Source: Mobula birostris (Eukaryota). Taken from it: a stretch of DNA of 64,000 bases. Made by a program: the position numbers and the translations under genes. Under the pieces are notes generated by a model. It worked only from the letters and a program-made list of their open reading frames with translations. It was not told the DNA's origin and did not search any database. The DNA lies in the NCBI RefSeq assembly GCF_030028105.1, contig NC_092374.1, forward strand, positions 66,474,948 to 66,538,947, given 5' to 3'. Below are positions 37,864-54,499 of this stretch, piece after piece (the first letter of the stretch is position 1; the number at the start of each line of letters is the position of its first letter).

Positions 37864-39361
37864 ACGTAGAATGCAGGAGATTGACAAAAGAGCCAGAAGT
37901 GATGTGCAGATAAAACTTACGCGGTATGTGGTTCAGCTCTGGAATACAATGTCAGGGATAATAGTAAAGTCGGTTCTGGAATTCAAAGGATACAGATCTG
38001 AAAAGAAAGGAATTGCTGGGTTCTGGGGAGAAACAGGGGAGTGAGACTCCCATAGTGCTCTCTCATAGACCCAGTGCAGGCTGAATGGCCTCCTGCTGTA
38101 CTGTATTCTATGATTCTATCTGTTCAACCAGATTCCTGCAATATCCACTTTTAAGAGCACAGAAAAGAAATGCTCAGTTTCTAACTCACAGATCTAAAAC
38201 AAAAAAGATCATTTGTAGCAATCACTTAAGTGGCTGGGCACATGGAATACTCACTTTCAGCTACCTACTGACTTATGTTAGCTTCTGTTTCTTGGTGAAA
38301 TTCGGTGGAAAGTATTGTTGGAATGAAGATTATTTGTGGCATTATTCTAAGCATGTCCATTCAAAGGTATTTAACAGCAATAAATGTGAAATAGTTGCAC
38401 CTAATTATGCCTCAAGGTGCTTACTTTTTATGGAATGCTTGATCCTGTCTTGATTAATGCTGGTAGTAAATTAGATCATCCATGGACTGTTAAATACAAC
38501 CTTTCAAACTGATTGATTTTTTCAGCAAAAAATAAGGCATCTCATGTTATTGACGATCACTAAATTTGGATAATGGCAATAAAGGAAGTCAGACAGGCTT
38601 GGGCAATGTTTTGCAGGACAAAATCGTAAAATTTCAGAATGTCGTGGATTGAATTTTGCTGGAAAATTAGTGCAAGTGTTAATAAATAAATTAGCAAGCA
38701 ATTTCAGGAAAGAGATAAAAGCAAAATGTAGCAGGTGCTGGAAATGAGCTTACAAAAAGGAATGCTGGAAATACTCAGAATTTTAAGCAGTATCTGTGGA
38801 CAGAGAAACAGTTAATATTTCAGGTTGATGGTCAGTGATCAGAACTGGCTGTTCTCAGATGCAGGAAGAAATGAGAAAGAAAAGAATGCAGAGGCTCTAT
38901 CTAAGAAAGTGTGTAAAGCAGGAAAGATGAAATGGGAAAGGGTTGATGGTACACAGCCAGAAAGTGAGTCATAATGGGGCAAGTACAGAAGACAATGGTA
39001 GTAAAGGGCAGAAATAAGGCAAGTATGGACAAACAGGTCCAAATCGTAAAATTAGTCCAGAAGAGGTGTGGATGCAAAAAGCAAAGTCGGTCTTTGTTGT
39101 TCTCCTCAGTTGTTCTTCGAAGACTGTAACATTCCTGTTGGAAAGATGACAACTTGTTCCTGTGCTTGGGAGTATTGAGGGATAGACAAAGCAATGTTGT
39201 TTGCTGATATTCCAAACTGCCTGACCAATATATGATGACCCCCCACTTCATGCTTTGCATAAACAGCATCTTGCCTTAAACTTCAAGATCATTTTAAGAA
39301 GTTGCTGGATTTTGTGCTTTTAAAGCCCATTATATTTGTTTTGGAAATTTGTGTCCAATAT

Positions 39362-40790
39362 TAGACCATAAGAGATTGGAGCAGAATTACACCATTCAGT
39401 CCATTGAGTCTGTTCTGTCATTTCATCATGGCTGACCTATTTCCCTCTCAGCCCCATTCTCCTGCCTTCTCCGTTTAGCATTTGGCACCCTTACTACTAA
39501 TGAAACTATCACCTATGCTTTGAATATACTTGACTTCCACCACTTTCTGTGGCAATGAACTCCACAATTTCACAACCCTCTGGCTGAAGCAACTTCTCTT
39601 CATCTCTGTTCTAAATGCATATCCCTGCATTCTGAGGCTATGCTTTCTGGTCCTCGACTCCCCCACCAAAGGAAACATCTTCTTTACATCCACTCTATCT
39701 GGGCCTTTCAATATTCGATGGATTTCAATGAGATATCCCTTATTTTTCTAAATTATAGTGAGTACAGGCCCGCAGACTTCAATCACGGCTCATACAATAA
39801 CCCCTTCATTTGCGGAATCATTCTTGTGAACCTCTTCTGAATACACTCCAATGTCAGCAAATTCTTCCTTAAATAAGGTCCCCAAACTGCTCTATGAGCC
39901 TCACTACAATAAATCTTGCTTTTATATTTTAGTCCTCCTGAAATGAATGCTGACATTGCATTCCACTTCCTCACCACTGATTCCACCTGCAAATTAACTT
40001 TTAGGGAATCCTGCACAAGGACTTCCAGATCCCTTAGCAGCTTAGATTTTTGAATTTTCTCCTCTTTTCGAAAATAGTCTATGCTTTTATTCCTTCTACC
40101 AAAGTGCATGATCATACATTTTCTGATACTGTATTCCATCTGCCATCTCTTTGCGGGTTCTCCCAAATCTGTCTAAGTTCTTCTACAGCCTCTCCACTTC
40201 CTCAACACTACCTGCCCTTCTAGCTGTCTTCGTACTTTCCAAAAACTTGGCCACAAAGCTATTAATTTCATTATCCATATCAATGACATACAACCTAAAA
40301 AGCGGTCCCAACACAAACCGCTCTGGAACACAACTGGTCACTTGCAGCCAACCTGAAAAGGATCCTTTATTCCCACACTTTGCCTCTTGCCAATCATTCA
40401 ATCCTCTATCCATGCCAGTAACTTTTCTGTGATACTTTAGGCTCTTATATTTAGCAACCTCATGTATCAAAAGCCTTCCGAAAATCCAAGTATACAGCAT
40501 CAACCAATTCTCCTTTTTCTATCCTGCTTGTGATTAATTCAAAGAATTCCAACAGACTTGTCAAGCAAGATTTGCCTTTAAGGAAATCATGCTGACTTTG
40601 GCCAATTCTGTCATGTGCCTACAAGCATCTTAAATTCAACAATTAACAATTGATTCCAACATCTTCCCAACCACTGAGGTCAGGCTAACTGGCCTATAAT
40701 TTCCTTTTATCTGCCTCCCTTCTTCTTGAAGAGTGGAGTGACATTTGCAATTTTCCTGTCCTTCAGAACCATGCCAAAATCTACCGATTC
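39362..40790 (-). mobile_element. CR1 RT/3' relic
   Basis: WQMEYSIRKCMIMHFG, FSQRVVKLWSSLP; 3' end near 39362. Confidence 0.85.
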
Positions 40791-40821
40791 TTTATATATC
40801 TGTAAAGAAAACCTTTGGTGT

Positions 40822-41585
40822 CATTATCTAAATGGAGAGAAGATTCAAACATCAGAGGTGTAGAGGGACTTAGGAGTCCTGATGCAAGTCTTCCAGAAGG
40901 TTAATCTACAGGTTGAGTCTGTGGTAAAGAAGGCAAATGCAATGTTGGCATTTATTTCAAGGGGAATAGAATATAAAAGCAATGAGATAATGCTGAGCCT
41001 TTATAATACACTAGTCAGGCTGCAGTTGGAGTATTGTCAACAGTTTTGGGTCTCATATCTCAGAAATGATGTGTTGTCATTGGAGAGAATCCAGAGGAGC
41101 TTCATGAGGATGGTTCTGGGAATTAAGGGGTTAACATATGAGGACCATTTGGCAGCTTCGGGCCTGTACTCACTGGAATTTGGAAGAATGCTTGGGAATC
41201 TCATTGAAACCTACTGAATGTTGAAAAGACGAGATAGGGTGGACGTGGAGAGGATGTTTCCTACGTTGGGGGTATCCAGAACAAGAGGGCACAGCCTCAA
41301 AATTGAGGGATGACCTTTTAGAACAGAGGTAAGGAGGAATGCTTTTAGACAGAGAGTAGTCAATCTGTGGAATGCTCTGCCACAGCCTACAGTGGAGGTC
41401 AAGTCCATGTGTATATTTAGAGCAGAAATTGATTGTTTCCTAATTAGTCAGGGTATCAAAGGATCTGGCGAAAAGGCAGGTATGTGGGGTTGAGTGGGAT
41501 CCAGGATCAGCCATGATGGCATAGCTTAGCCAACTCAATGGGCTGAATGGCCTAATTCTGCTCCTATGTCTTATGGATATATGAT
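40822..41585 (+). mobile_element. CR1 3' fragment
   Basis: VVKKANAMLAFISRG, LEYCQQFW; 3' UTR ending ctgctcctatgtcttatg. Confidence 0.88.
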
Positions 41586-44500
41586 CTAATTCCTATCTAC
41601 CATCTTCTCAGTTTCCCTTTCCCTTATGAGCCAAAGGTCCACTGGTTGCAGCTCCACTTCTTTAGCACATTCTCTGAGAAGCTGCAGTTTGGTGAACCTG
41701 GTGCAGAGGCTGGAAGTCTCCCAGATATTTCACATCTTACACAAAAATCAAAACTCAGCCCCGGAGCCATTTTAACTGCCATAAGTATACATTTACAGAT
41801 GAAGAATGAGCAAGAAAAAGCTTACTAGATACTTAACGTCATCCACGCCTGTTATTACCTTAGCCGAAACCAAAAGTCATCCCACTCTATCCCTGCCCTA
41901 CTCCATCAATGGTTGCTCTCTTTGCCCCTGCCTTATTTTTAATTTGACCATGCTAACGAAACCCACCCTCTGACTGGCCACTGTTCAAACCCTGAAATAA
42001 CAGCTACAAAGCGCTGATCTTTAAAGGTCTCTCCTAGACATGGGTGAAAACAACATTACTTTTTGCTTTTGAACTCCAGTTGGCTGCTATTCATGCTCCC
42101 CAAAAAAAAAGGCTACAAAGTACTTATTTTTAAAGCTCTCTCCCCAATAGAAAGAGTGTAATTATTCTTCTAAAAGGTGAAATAATAGTTAATACAATTA
42201 GTATCTCAAAGAGAAATAAAAAAATTAATGCTGGTACTCAGCTCTAAAATTTAAGAGTGGTTGGGACAGGTCATGCCAATATGTGTGGTATTTAGCTTTA
42301 GACCTTCCCAGAGAGTTTAATCTCATGATAATGGTTTTCTGTGCTGTGTGTTTTTGTTTTCAGAATGCCATAGACTCATTGTGCCACTCAGTGAGTTGTT
42401 GGGAATGAGGGTGTATAACTGAGCTCACAGCTGTCACTTATCCTGCAAATGTGGATGAGTTAGTCAGAAATCAATGAATGAAACAGACTGTATGAACAGA
42501 ACTGCGGCAACTTCACCCAGTAAAATCAAGGTAATTTCTCCATTGAAATGCAGCATGTGCAGGTTAATAGCCTACAAATTATCAAGAGATATCAAGTTCA
42601 ATCACTGAAAATATGCTTGACTGTAAAGGAATAACTTCATCAACCTCAATATAGCAGGCACAGCCCAGTGAACTGGTGTAGCATTCTTCCCTGAGGAGCT
42701 CCATGCAGTGGTGTTCTGGGGTAGGATGATCGACCTTTACCAAATATAACCTTGTTGTGCAAGGTACAAGACCAACCATAGGAATTTTGTCCCCTTGATG
42801 CCCATTGGCTTGATTTTAAACAGGCTCCTCGCTGCTATGCTTTGTCAAAAGCTACCTTAATAATTGTGCTGTCACTCATAGCTAATCACTAGAATTTAGT
42901 TCTTTGAACCATGTTGAGCTGTGATGAGGTCTGTTGCTGGCAGCATCCAAACTTTCACTGGGGAATAAATGTTGCCTGGCATTATTGTCACTAACAGCCT
43001 TCTGAGGGTAGACAGACAATGCAGTAATCAGTTCCATGGGATTGGTCCTGTTTTGTGTAGATGGGCACGCTGGACAATTGTCTATGTTGTCATCTAGACT
43101 GCCAAATGTTTCTTCTGTAAAATCCCCTTCTTTGTATTCTAGCAAAGCGAAAAAAAAAAGCCAGGCTTAGTGGAACACCACAACCAGCCATTTCCCCTTA
43201 ATGAAATGCCACCTGATTAGGAATTATATCACTGATTCTTCATTGTAGGAGAAAACCCCCTACAACATCTTCACAGTAGTGGTTCAAGATGGAGGCACAC
43301 TACCACCTTCTTAAGGGAATCTAGGATGAGTAATAACTGTTAGTCTTACCATTGGCATCTGCATCCCGTAAGCGAATAAAGAAAAAAACGACATTATGTT
43401 TCAACACTATCCCAAGCCACAGTGCAGATGATTGCATCATTTCCATGTTAATCGATTAATCTTTCTGACTATACTGCTGTAAGTACATCATTCGTAAGCA
43501 CCTATCCTTCAGTAACTGCATTTTTCTGCAGATATTACCCTACTTTTATTGGTGAATTCACCGTAAATATTGTCACAAATTCTGTTCCTTCAGTAATTTA
43601 GATAGACTTCACTTCATGAATAAAATAACTAATACTGTAAAATTGACTAGTTACTATGAGGACAAATACATCCCGTGTAGCCTCATCACTGGTTGTGTTG
43701 TTAAAGAAAGTCCTGAATAAAATAAATACGACAAGTTGTCCTTCAGAATTCTTGATGCATCTTTCAATAATTTTTTCATCAGTTATATATCTGAAATAAG
43801 CTGTCAGTAATTAAAATCTTTGCATGTATAGTCAGAGGAATAGAAATTTGTCCTGAATCACTTACTCTAAATATGCAACAGCGACAAATGCATGATATTC
43901 TCCACTTCTGAAATCTGGTCTCATTGGTGGAATTGAAATCAAATCTTGCATATTATAAAACAATACAGTAATACTGGACATATAAATGTTGAAAGCCATT
44001 AAGCAAATGTGTGAAAGTGTGTATTTTCTGGAGTAATTGACTGCAGACATGACACCTTTGGCTAATTTGTGTGGAGAGCAGGAAACATTAGCATAATATT
44101 TAATGCAATACCATCACTTTATTCACTCCAACCCCTGCAAAACCTTCATGTTTACTGATAAGTAAATCAACTAAAAGCTGAAGTTTCAAATTCCCAGTTG
44201 TTTTCTGATGTTTACAGGATGGAATTAAAAAGGTGGTTAAATGCATAACAGCTTTTTCCTGAGTAAAGATGTCATGGTTTCAAGTATCACTACAGAAACA
44301 TGAAACTAAATGTTCAGTTGTTATTTCAGTATAAAACAAGTGCTGCATTGTTAACTAAGTTGACTTTCAGATGAGACATTAAATTAACACCCCAAGTAAA
44401 TGCAAAAGATCACCTGGTACTATTTTGAAGAAGTAATAGCTCATCTGTCCGAGATACTTCTATTATAGGAATAATTTGACAACAGAACTTGGGATGTTTC

Positions 44501-44924
44501 TTGTCTGACACAGCTCAAATACACAACAGATATTATTCTGAGTTCATGAAGGAAGGCATCTCCTGAATATAACCAAGCAAACTTGCACCTCTTCAACCCC
44601 AATGACAGATCATGCACACATCAAAAGAACAGTAAGTCTATTTGTGTATTAAGTCTTAGTTTCTGTGACAGATTGAGTTTTCCAGTCAGTATTACATTGT
44701 TACAAAACAGGCACACCACTTGATTCTCTTGTTCTACATGATTACACTATCGCCAGTATGCATGGAGTATATTATGTCCAAGTATATAGATATACATGAA
44801 TGCTCTCCATGTTTAAAAGTATTCTTCTATATATCTCTTCTGTATTTTTAACAGTGAGGTAGTAGTAACTTTTTTAAAAATATGCACTTTACATGGTTGT
44901 AATTAGATTTCTTTCTAAATTTGA

Positions 44925-46030
44925 AATGAAAATAGAAAATGCTAGAAATACTCAATGAATCAGTCAGCCTCTGTGGAGATAGAATCAGAGCATGTTTCGT
45001 GTCAATTTCCTTTCATCCAAACTCATACGCACTGGAAAGACTGCTATCTGAAATGATTGAATTCAGTGTGACATACATACAGCAACCAAAGGGCTAAACT
45101 TCAAAGCCAAGCTCCCCAGTAACATGATAGGGAAAAAAAGTCTGTCTTACATCTTAAGGATTTATTTTGAATGAAGGAAATGGAAGCAGATGGTTGAGTT
45201 AACAAACACCCAGTGTTCAGTTAATTGGCATTCATGAGAGGAAAGATGGGTAAATTAATGGTAGATATGGTACAATGGAATAGATGGGTCCTCTTAACCA
45301 GTCCTTTGAAAGGATGATTTCAGAATCATAAGACAGGGCTTCTGGAAGGCGAGAAGAGAGCATATAAAAGGACTCTCAAAGGTGTCAAAAGTGAAAGCCC
45401 AGAAGCAGCCATCACAGAAACTCAGACTTTGACCCAAGTCATTTCACATAGGTAGTCTCTAAGTCCAAGCTGTGAGTCTTATGATTGAGTGAAATAAATT
45501 ACTAAGCACTAATACAGAATTAGCAGAATCAGCTCCACTAGACTTCAGTTGAACTGCCTTTTGTCTAAAACTTCAATTGCCAGCCAATAGAAGTAAGAGA
45601 TGCAATAATCCTGAGGGCCTCAATGTGCAAAACAGTGAAAACTGTTCCCTGAGCATTCACTGAAACAGTGAGAGAGACCAAACAAACAGTGGAAGCAGGA
45701 TGGAAAATTAACACAACAGACAGTTGGATACTAAGGAACACCCTTGCAGAGTTGGCAGAGATGTTCTTCAAAGCAGGCACCCCATCTTCAAAGGTTTCTC
45801 CAATATTGAGGTGTCCATATGGTGAATACTCAAAATATTACATGGATTGGAAAAAAAACATAAGTGAATTGCTGCTTCACCTGGAAAGGGTGTTAGGTCT
45901 CTAGAAAGTAAGAAGGGAAGAAGTAAAAGAGCAGGTATTGCAACTCCTATGGTTGCGGAGGAAGTAGCCATAATAAATTGACTGGGTGTTGATGGAAACA
46001 GAAAAGTCATGAAGGGAATGGTCCCATTTA
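44925..46030 (-). mobile_element. Ancient Penelope-like relic (GIY-YIG remnant + decayed tail)
   Basis: Minus strand aatattggagaaacc...tgctttgaagaacatctc (IGET...FEEHL) near 45760-45810; tail similarity at 44930-45020. Confidence 0.55.
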
Positions 46031-48418
46031 ATTAACTGAACCTAGTATAGTAATAGGCTTTTTCAATCCTGCTAACATCCTGGCAGACTTCAATGTTGAC
46101 TCAATATTTGGACTGTTTGGTTTGGATTTAAAATCAAATTAGGTTTGTTTCTTTTTGGCAGACTTGTATGAATTTGTTCCTTCACTTTCTCAAGTCCGCA
46201 TTTGGACCAAATCAAACATACCTTCAGACTTAAGTGAGAGATGTATGAAGTGAACATTTCGATTTTATCTCTCACAGACATTGTTTAACCAACAATGACA
46301 TATATTTTGTCACTGATTTCAATCTTTTGATTGAGTAATCTTCAATAGTGGCTCCTTTCTTCTACTTGCATTAACTCTACTCTCGTTGGGTGGACTAAGA
46401 ATATGAATGAGTTCATTTTGTTTGCAAATACATCGTGTTTAATAAATGTCTTAAAATGATTTTTGCTCAATTGCACTTATAGAAACCGAGACACCAACTT
46501 TGAACTAGAATCGGGTGTGATCTCGATTTCTCTTTATCAACTCTAAGGCTGGACAAGGACTGCCTCTATACTGCAGCAGGAGAACACTCAAGGAATATTT
46601 CATTCTGGTTTTTATGCTGCAACTCTTGTTCCCTTACAGCTTCCTTAACTACCTTGACTGATTGTCCAAACACTCTGTTTGAAGCTGCATGATATGAAGG
46701 TGTGGGGACATGTCATTCTGTTTCATAAAATTTTGGAACCAACCACATATCAATCACAACTCCTCTATAAAATGATCTATAACAGTAAATGTTTGACTTC
46801 ATTTTACGTTGAATGAATACTAAGCATAAAGGGAAAAGTATCCTATTCACCGAGAAGGACTAGTAGGTCATGAAAATGACTGTAAAATGGATTTTTGATT
46901 GATTGTACTGAACAGCTTTGGTAAATATTGTATCTGCTTTCGAGTAATTCCAGACCACTGCCCAAGTAGTGTCAATAAACAAAGCATTTTACTATCAATT
47001 GCATACTATTTATTCCTGTGAGTTTGTTGTAAAGCTTGGTCAAATTCCTTTCTCTCAAACCAAAATGTCTCACTTCCTTGTGAGAACACTTACTATGATG
47101 GTAATGAAGTGTTTTCAATTCCTCAGTAATACACCAGTAAAATTTAGTCCATTCTTTCATCAACTATTCAGAGAGTCTTTTCAACACTAGTTGTTTCTGC
47201 ATTTTAGAAGCTGTCATTTTAAATTCTCATCGTGTGACTTAAACGTGTCAATTGTACTTTCACTTACAACTTCAGAATTCCTTTTCTGTAACTACAACAG
47301 TGCATTTGCAAGGATGTTTGGTTTGAAATTTCTGCACCTGATGGTGACAATATATGATAACAGGACGATTGCTCATTATTGCTCCGAGAAGATATTGCTA
47401 AAGTGGTGGATGGCTAGTCACTAATGCAAAGGAACTGTCCAGTAAAATGAGAAGGAATTTGTTGATTTCAAACATTGTTCTCAGTGTTTCTTGGGAGTGC
47501 TAGAAATTAAAGCAACAGATGTTTTGTGCCAATATTCGATCACCTGACTTTGTGTGGGACCAACATCATACATCATGTATCAATTGCAAATTGTGCATAG
47601 CATTATAATCAACAGGGAGAGTCTCACTTGTTAATCCTTTATGTTTAACCAATCCTTTAACCAATTTTCCCTGGGATTAATAAAATATGACTATGACTAT
47701 GGCTATTATCCTATCCACTTTTCGGTGTATGGACTCCGAGTCAATGAATTGGACTTTGCCATGGCTCTCTCACAAGGGACTATTAACACACTAACTTTTT
47801 GTAATGAACAAAATGTTCTAGCCTGCTTGAATACCACTTCTATCAATATGGTAATTTTGAATGTCAGATATTATGTATTCAACAGCTTTGACTGAATTTG
47901 TTCATCTATTCGTCCACACACTAATTCATTGCTCAAGCGTCAGTCTGAAAAGGCCCATAATTGCAATGGGAAGATAACTGTTTTTAATGAACTAATGTCT
48001 TTGCTAATTGTCTCACTCTGTTTCTGGCTCCTTGTCCCAAAGGTATAGCTCTATCTAACAATTTCTGCACAGCATTGCTAAAGAAGGATGTCCTCTGATT
48101 TGCATAGGACAAAAGGATTCAGTGTGCCTTTGCTTTGAAGTGTCTGGTCCAATCTCTATAAGTATACTGCTTTTTATGTTTGCATATCATTTTGTTTTGT
48201 TCTCTCATAATAAATATCATCTTTTTCATTAATTTCTATGACAGGGAAGTAAATTGCATGGTTGCATAGTGTTTATATCACCATATTAATAGTACAGAAT
48301 CAATGGTTGAAAACCCTTATGAGCACACAGTGCCAGCAACATTGATCATGAACTACGACAATATTGTAGAAGCCCCAGCTGGTTCACTTATGTTCTTGAA
48401 ATGCACATTTGATCCAGT

Positions 48419-49225
48419 AAGATGGTGGCGTGTTCAGACACAGTGACATCTCAGGGGCCAACCAAAGGTGGCTTTGTCCTTTTTGAGACTGCAGACAATG
48501 TTGGATATTAAGAGCTTCAGGTATTGCAGATCTACCCCATCAGTGAGCTGCTCTTTGGTGGAGGAACCGGACTTGGTGCAGATCGCATTACTGCATGCTG
48601 CAGAAAGGCATTGGAGTCGATGTGCAAAGTCAGCGTGCAGTCTAAAAGCAAGTAATTGTTTTGGATGTTTCTCTTGCAATCACAAGATCCTGCTGGACAT
48701 TGATCATGTAAAATGCTGCAAGTGCATTTCCCTTGTTTATTGGTGAGACAGAAGGTTGGGGGGCATGTGTGGCCTTGGTTGTAGTGAGGACTAGACCTTA
48801 AGCCAAGGGCTGGCCTGTTGCAGCAGTTCAGGAGTGGAGACACCGGAGGCGGTGTAACATGGTGTCCATGTTGGAAGCTGGCCCCTCCTGTTAGTGCTGC
48901 CCTTCAGTGCTCGATCAGTGGAATGACAAGCTGGGTTGCGTGCGTGCGTCCATGCATTCATCTGTGGGGAACTGAGAATTGCTTGTCTTGCAGACAACAC
49001 CCTTGCACCATCAATTTACAGGACATGTCGCTCAAGAACTTATACCATATATATGTATTGTTTTTTTTTGTGTGACTGCATGTTTACTTGCTATCTTATA
49101 TGTGCCTTGATCTGTGTATGACTGTTACTGTATTTTCCACTTCGGCTCCAGTGGAACGCTGTTTCGTTTGGCTTTATTCGCGGTTAGTCGTGTTATGGTT
49201 GAATGCTAATTAAACTTGAACTTGA
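48419..49225 (+). mobile_element. Bipartite non-autonomous Rex1/Babar-type element
   Basis: Starts AAGATGGTGGCG; 3' end (gaacgctgtttcgtttggc...aaacttgaacttga) matches the 3' end of the LINE at 62652-64000. Confidence 0.6.
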
Positions 49226-50129
49226 TCTGCTGTAAGTAATTCCAAAGAGACAGCAATGGGCTTGACCCTTAACTGCTTTGTGGAAATGCCCACTTAATAC
49301 AGGGATGTGCACTAACTGCTGGTACTGCATGCAAGGACCACATCTCCAGAATGCACTGAAATTATAACCATCCTAACTATTTATGAATGAAAATTCAATG
49401 CTAAAGAGGAACTATTTTTAATGTAGCACATCCATTTCCAAATCTTGAGCCTTTTCAAGCGGGGGATCTGCATAGGGTATTTATGTTATATGAGCAGCAA
49501 TGTCCGATTTAATTTGTATGATGGATCATTTTAGTGACCTTTCTTATAGTGTCAAAATTTGTAATATAGTGAAGCTGTAGTGATGCAGAAACTAAACGAA
49601 TGAATGTCTGACCCCTGACTGTCATTTCAATAAAGGTTCTATCATTCAAATGATGCAGAGTATCCGTAACATGGGAATGTGAAAATCAGTACAATGATAA
49701 TCCAAGGCATCTATTTACACAGTATATGCAGCCAATGTTCTATATTCAAAAACAAAGCATTTTAGTGTTATTATTTTACAGGTGCATTATAAAACAGAAA
49801 TTAAACTACACCACATTAGGAGAAATGATCAAAAGCCCATCAAGCAGATTGTTTTTGGGGAGCAGCTTAAAAGAGGAGACAAAAAGATTCAGGAAGGAAA
49901 AGCTCAGCTGCCAAAGGCAGTGTACTCAAATTCAGGGATGATAAAGACATCAGGGTCAGATATCTCAAAAGATCTGTGAGGCAGGAGGAAATAGAAAGAG
50001 ACAAGCTGATGGAGGGGTGTGAAAAGACTGGAGGAGGATTTTCAAATTAAGGCTTTCTAATGGAAATCCAAAAGGACCTTCTTTGTTATGCATTCTACTT
50101 AACAGAGGAGAAAAGCATGATTTGTATTC

Positions 50130-51583
<1,454 letters not shown>

Positions 51584-54499
51584 CTACTTTTTGAAAATAG
51601 GACTGCAAAATCTTCTGAATCCAATCACAAAATAAATTGAATAGACCTCAGTAATAACTACTGCTGAACAAGTAATGTCAGTTGCTATTGAATCATATAC
51701 ATCTGACTATGTTGGGGGGTGGGGGTGCAAATTGAGATATGTACTGTGACTAGTTAATGATTTTCTTTAAAGTTTTATTTATAGACTTTGGCCCATAAGC
51801 TATGGAAACATTTAAATAGAAGCACACGGTCAAAACATTTTCTTGGAGAATAAAAGAAATACAATATTTACACCCAGTAACTGTTTGGCAGAAGAAAGAT
51901 GGAAGGTTGTGAAGTTAGGAGGTGTAGCCATCAATCTACTTCCTGTCATATTCCACTCTTTGTCTCTGCCTCTCTCTCAAAATGGGCCATGTGCTGTGTT
52001 TAATTCCAGTGTCAATATTGTGCATTGATTTCATTCGGAGAAAGAACAATTAGAATGCAAGATTATCTGACCCTCCATGGCATGAATGAAATCACTCCAT
52101 TAATATTGCCATCTGATTATAATTAATAACAATGTTTTAAGTACACTATTGAAGGTCATAGTGGAATTGGCTCCTTAATTGATTCAATGCATTCTTCCAG
52201 TAAGAAACATCAGAACACAGTCAGTGCAAACTGAGAATGGCATTCAGCCATGCAGTGGAAATGTGAAAGCAATAAAAAGTTAGTCAATCAGATTTGGGGA
52301 AGTGGGAAAAGTTTACAGAAAAAACTGATTCACTAGAACAGCATCAAGACTTCAGCTACTTAAACATACTACAGCTATAATAGAGCTGTTTAAAATCTTG
52401 CAGGCCTTGAAGGGACTAAGCAAGGAGAAATAGTCTCCAGCTGCAGAACAGCTGGTAACAAGCACTAGAACCACAGGGAAAATAAGGAGAATCTATTTCG
52501 TGCTGTGAATTGTTTGGATATACTGGGAGGCTTGATGGGGAGCATATTCAATGCTGCCTTTCAAAGGGGAACTAGTACATTGCTTTAAACTGAGAAAACC
52601 TGCTGGGTCATTGCAGGCAACATGGAAACACCACCACCTGAAGATTCCCCTTCAAATTGTGCACTATCTTGAAGTGAAAATACATTATTGGTCCTTCATT
52701 GTCACTCAGTCACCCTGGAATTCCCTAATAAACAGCACTGAAGGAGGTACTTTAGCAAATGGACTGTGGCATTTCTAGAAGGTGACTCACTACTAACTTC
52801 TAAAGGGAAATTAGGGATGGGCAATAGATGCTGGTCTTGTGGTAATTCTCATATCCTGAGAAATGATTGAAGAAAGGAACAAAGCTGTTGTATTGATGGA
52901 AGAGTGTTTGCTTTAGCCATAAACAGGCATGATGGAGTCCTTCTGTGGTGCACCATGCTATGAAAATGCACTTTCTATTTATGGCCCGATGATAATTATT
53001 GGCACTGTTTTAAATATATTCTCCAAGGTTATTATCTAATTGTCTAGATGATTTCCACACCTCCCATGTCTTCCTTCTGCTATGGACCACACACAGGGAG
53101 CCTTCAAACAGACAAACAGAAGCTACAGGGTATACTGCAAGTCTTGAATAATGGAATAAATCCTGAAACATGCAGATGCAATTACTCCTGGAGGTAGAGA
53201 ACTTTGTGAATGCTCAATTGTAAGATGACAACGAAAATCGTTACTGGATTGTCACATCATTTGAACTGTTCCAACAATTCAGGTTCATTTCATATCTTTT
53301 AACAATTTCAGGTTTTAAATTACTACAACTTATCAAACTGTCATTTGAGAGACACAAGGTAATATTTTCTCCCTATGGATTTCCTATTTACTGCACCCTG
53401 CATTGGTACAAGTAAGTTTTCATGCTGAATGAAGTATTTACCTTAGGCAGAAGAACACTAACATTGACAGTTGCTCCTTACATCTCCTATAATTCTATTC
53501 ACACTGTCTGCACTACTTTCACATATTACAGGCATTTTTGAACACTGCACAAATGGATACAGAGGAATTTATAGCAGACCGTCTGATACTGACTCCTTTT
53601 CAGCTTATCTTTGAACTGATAACTAGCATATTTCCTTCTGTTCAGTTGTGCTCAATCAAAATCATAATCTGCTTACACAAAGGAAGTTAAACAGTTCAGC
53701 TGCTCTTGTACAGAAATGGACATTTTTGAAATCTTAAGGAAATATAGATTATGCTAATTTCATCTATCTCTTAGGAATTCACAATGACCTTTTCTTTAAA
53801 TATATAACATGATTTTTATCGCATTATGCCTTATGCAAAGTGGAATACGGTAACAGTTATTACATGAATATGCCACATGTATTATCCAGCATCCTAGTAA
53901 TTATATGTAAATTTTAAATCTAAAGAAATAAGCCTACTAATTTCTAAATATTGGAAGTTATCACTGAGAAACTGGAAGTATGTTCCTGTGCTGAAACTCA
54001 AAACATCAATGTCCAAAACTCAAAGGTGATAAAATTGTAGAAATAGATGTTTAGTTTGATCAACTGTCCCCTTAAGGCAAGGCTCTTATTAAAGATATTT
54101 CTGAAGGTTAAACTCTCAATGAATTCCTCAGCTCATGTTGTAATCTAAGAGACTTTTATCTTAATTTGTATTGAATGGTCAAAATGTGTAGATGTTTATC
54201 TTTAGATGGATTACTGTCACTCAGTCAGCTGTCCTGGTGAGATATTTTACTTCAGTATCGAGTAACTGCAAGCAAACAGATTTCAGAGGCAATACCAAGG
54301 TGTGGCTTATGTCATCATTTCAACAAAATGAGATCCTGAAAGCCTATTGAAAGACAAACATCATTAGTGTTTGCATTACACATCACTTTTTGCTCCTCTT
54401 CCACATTATATAAATTTGAGTTGGAGAAAGCTGATGAAAAAAGAAAATAAATAGGGAGGAAATTACAAGGAATGGGTGGGCGGGGGAAGTAGATTTAAT

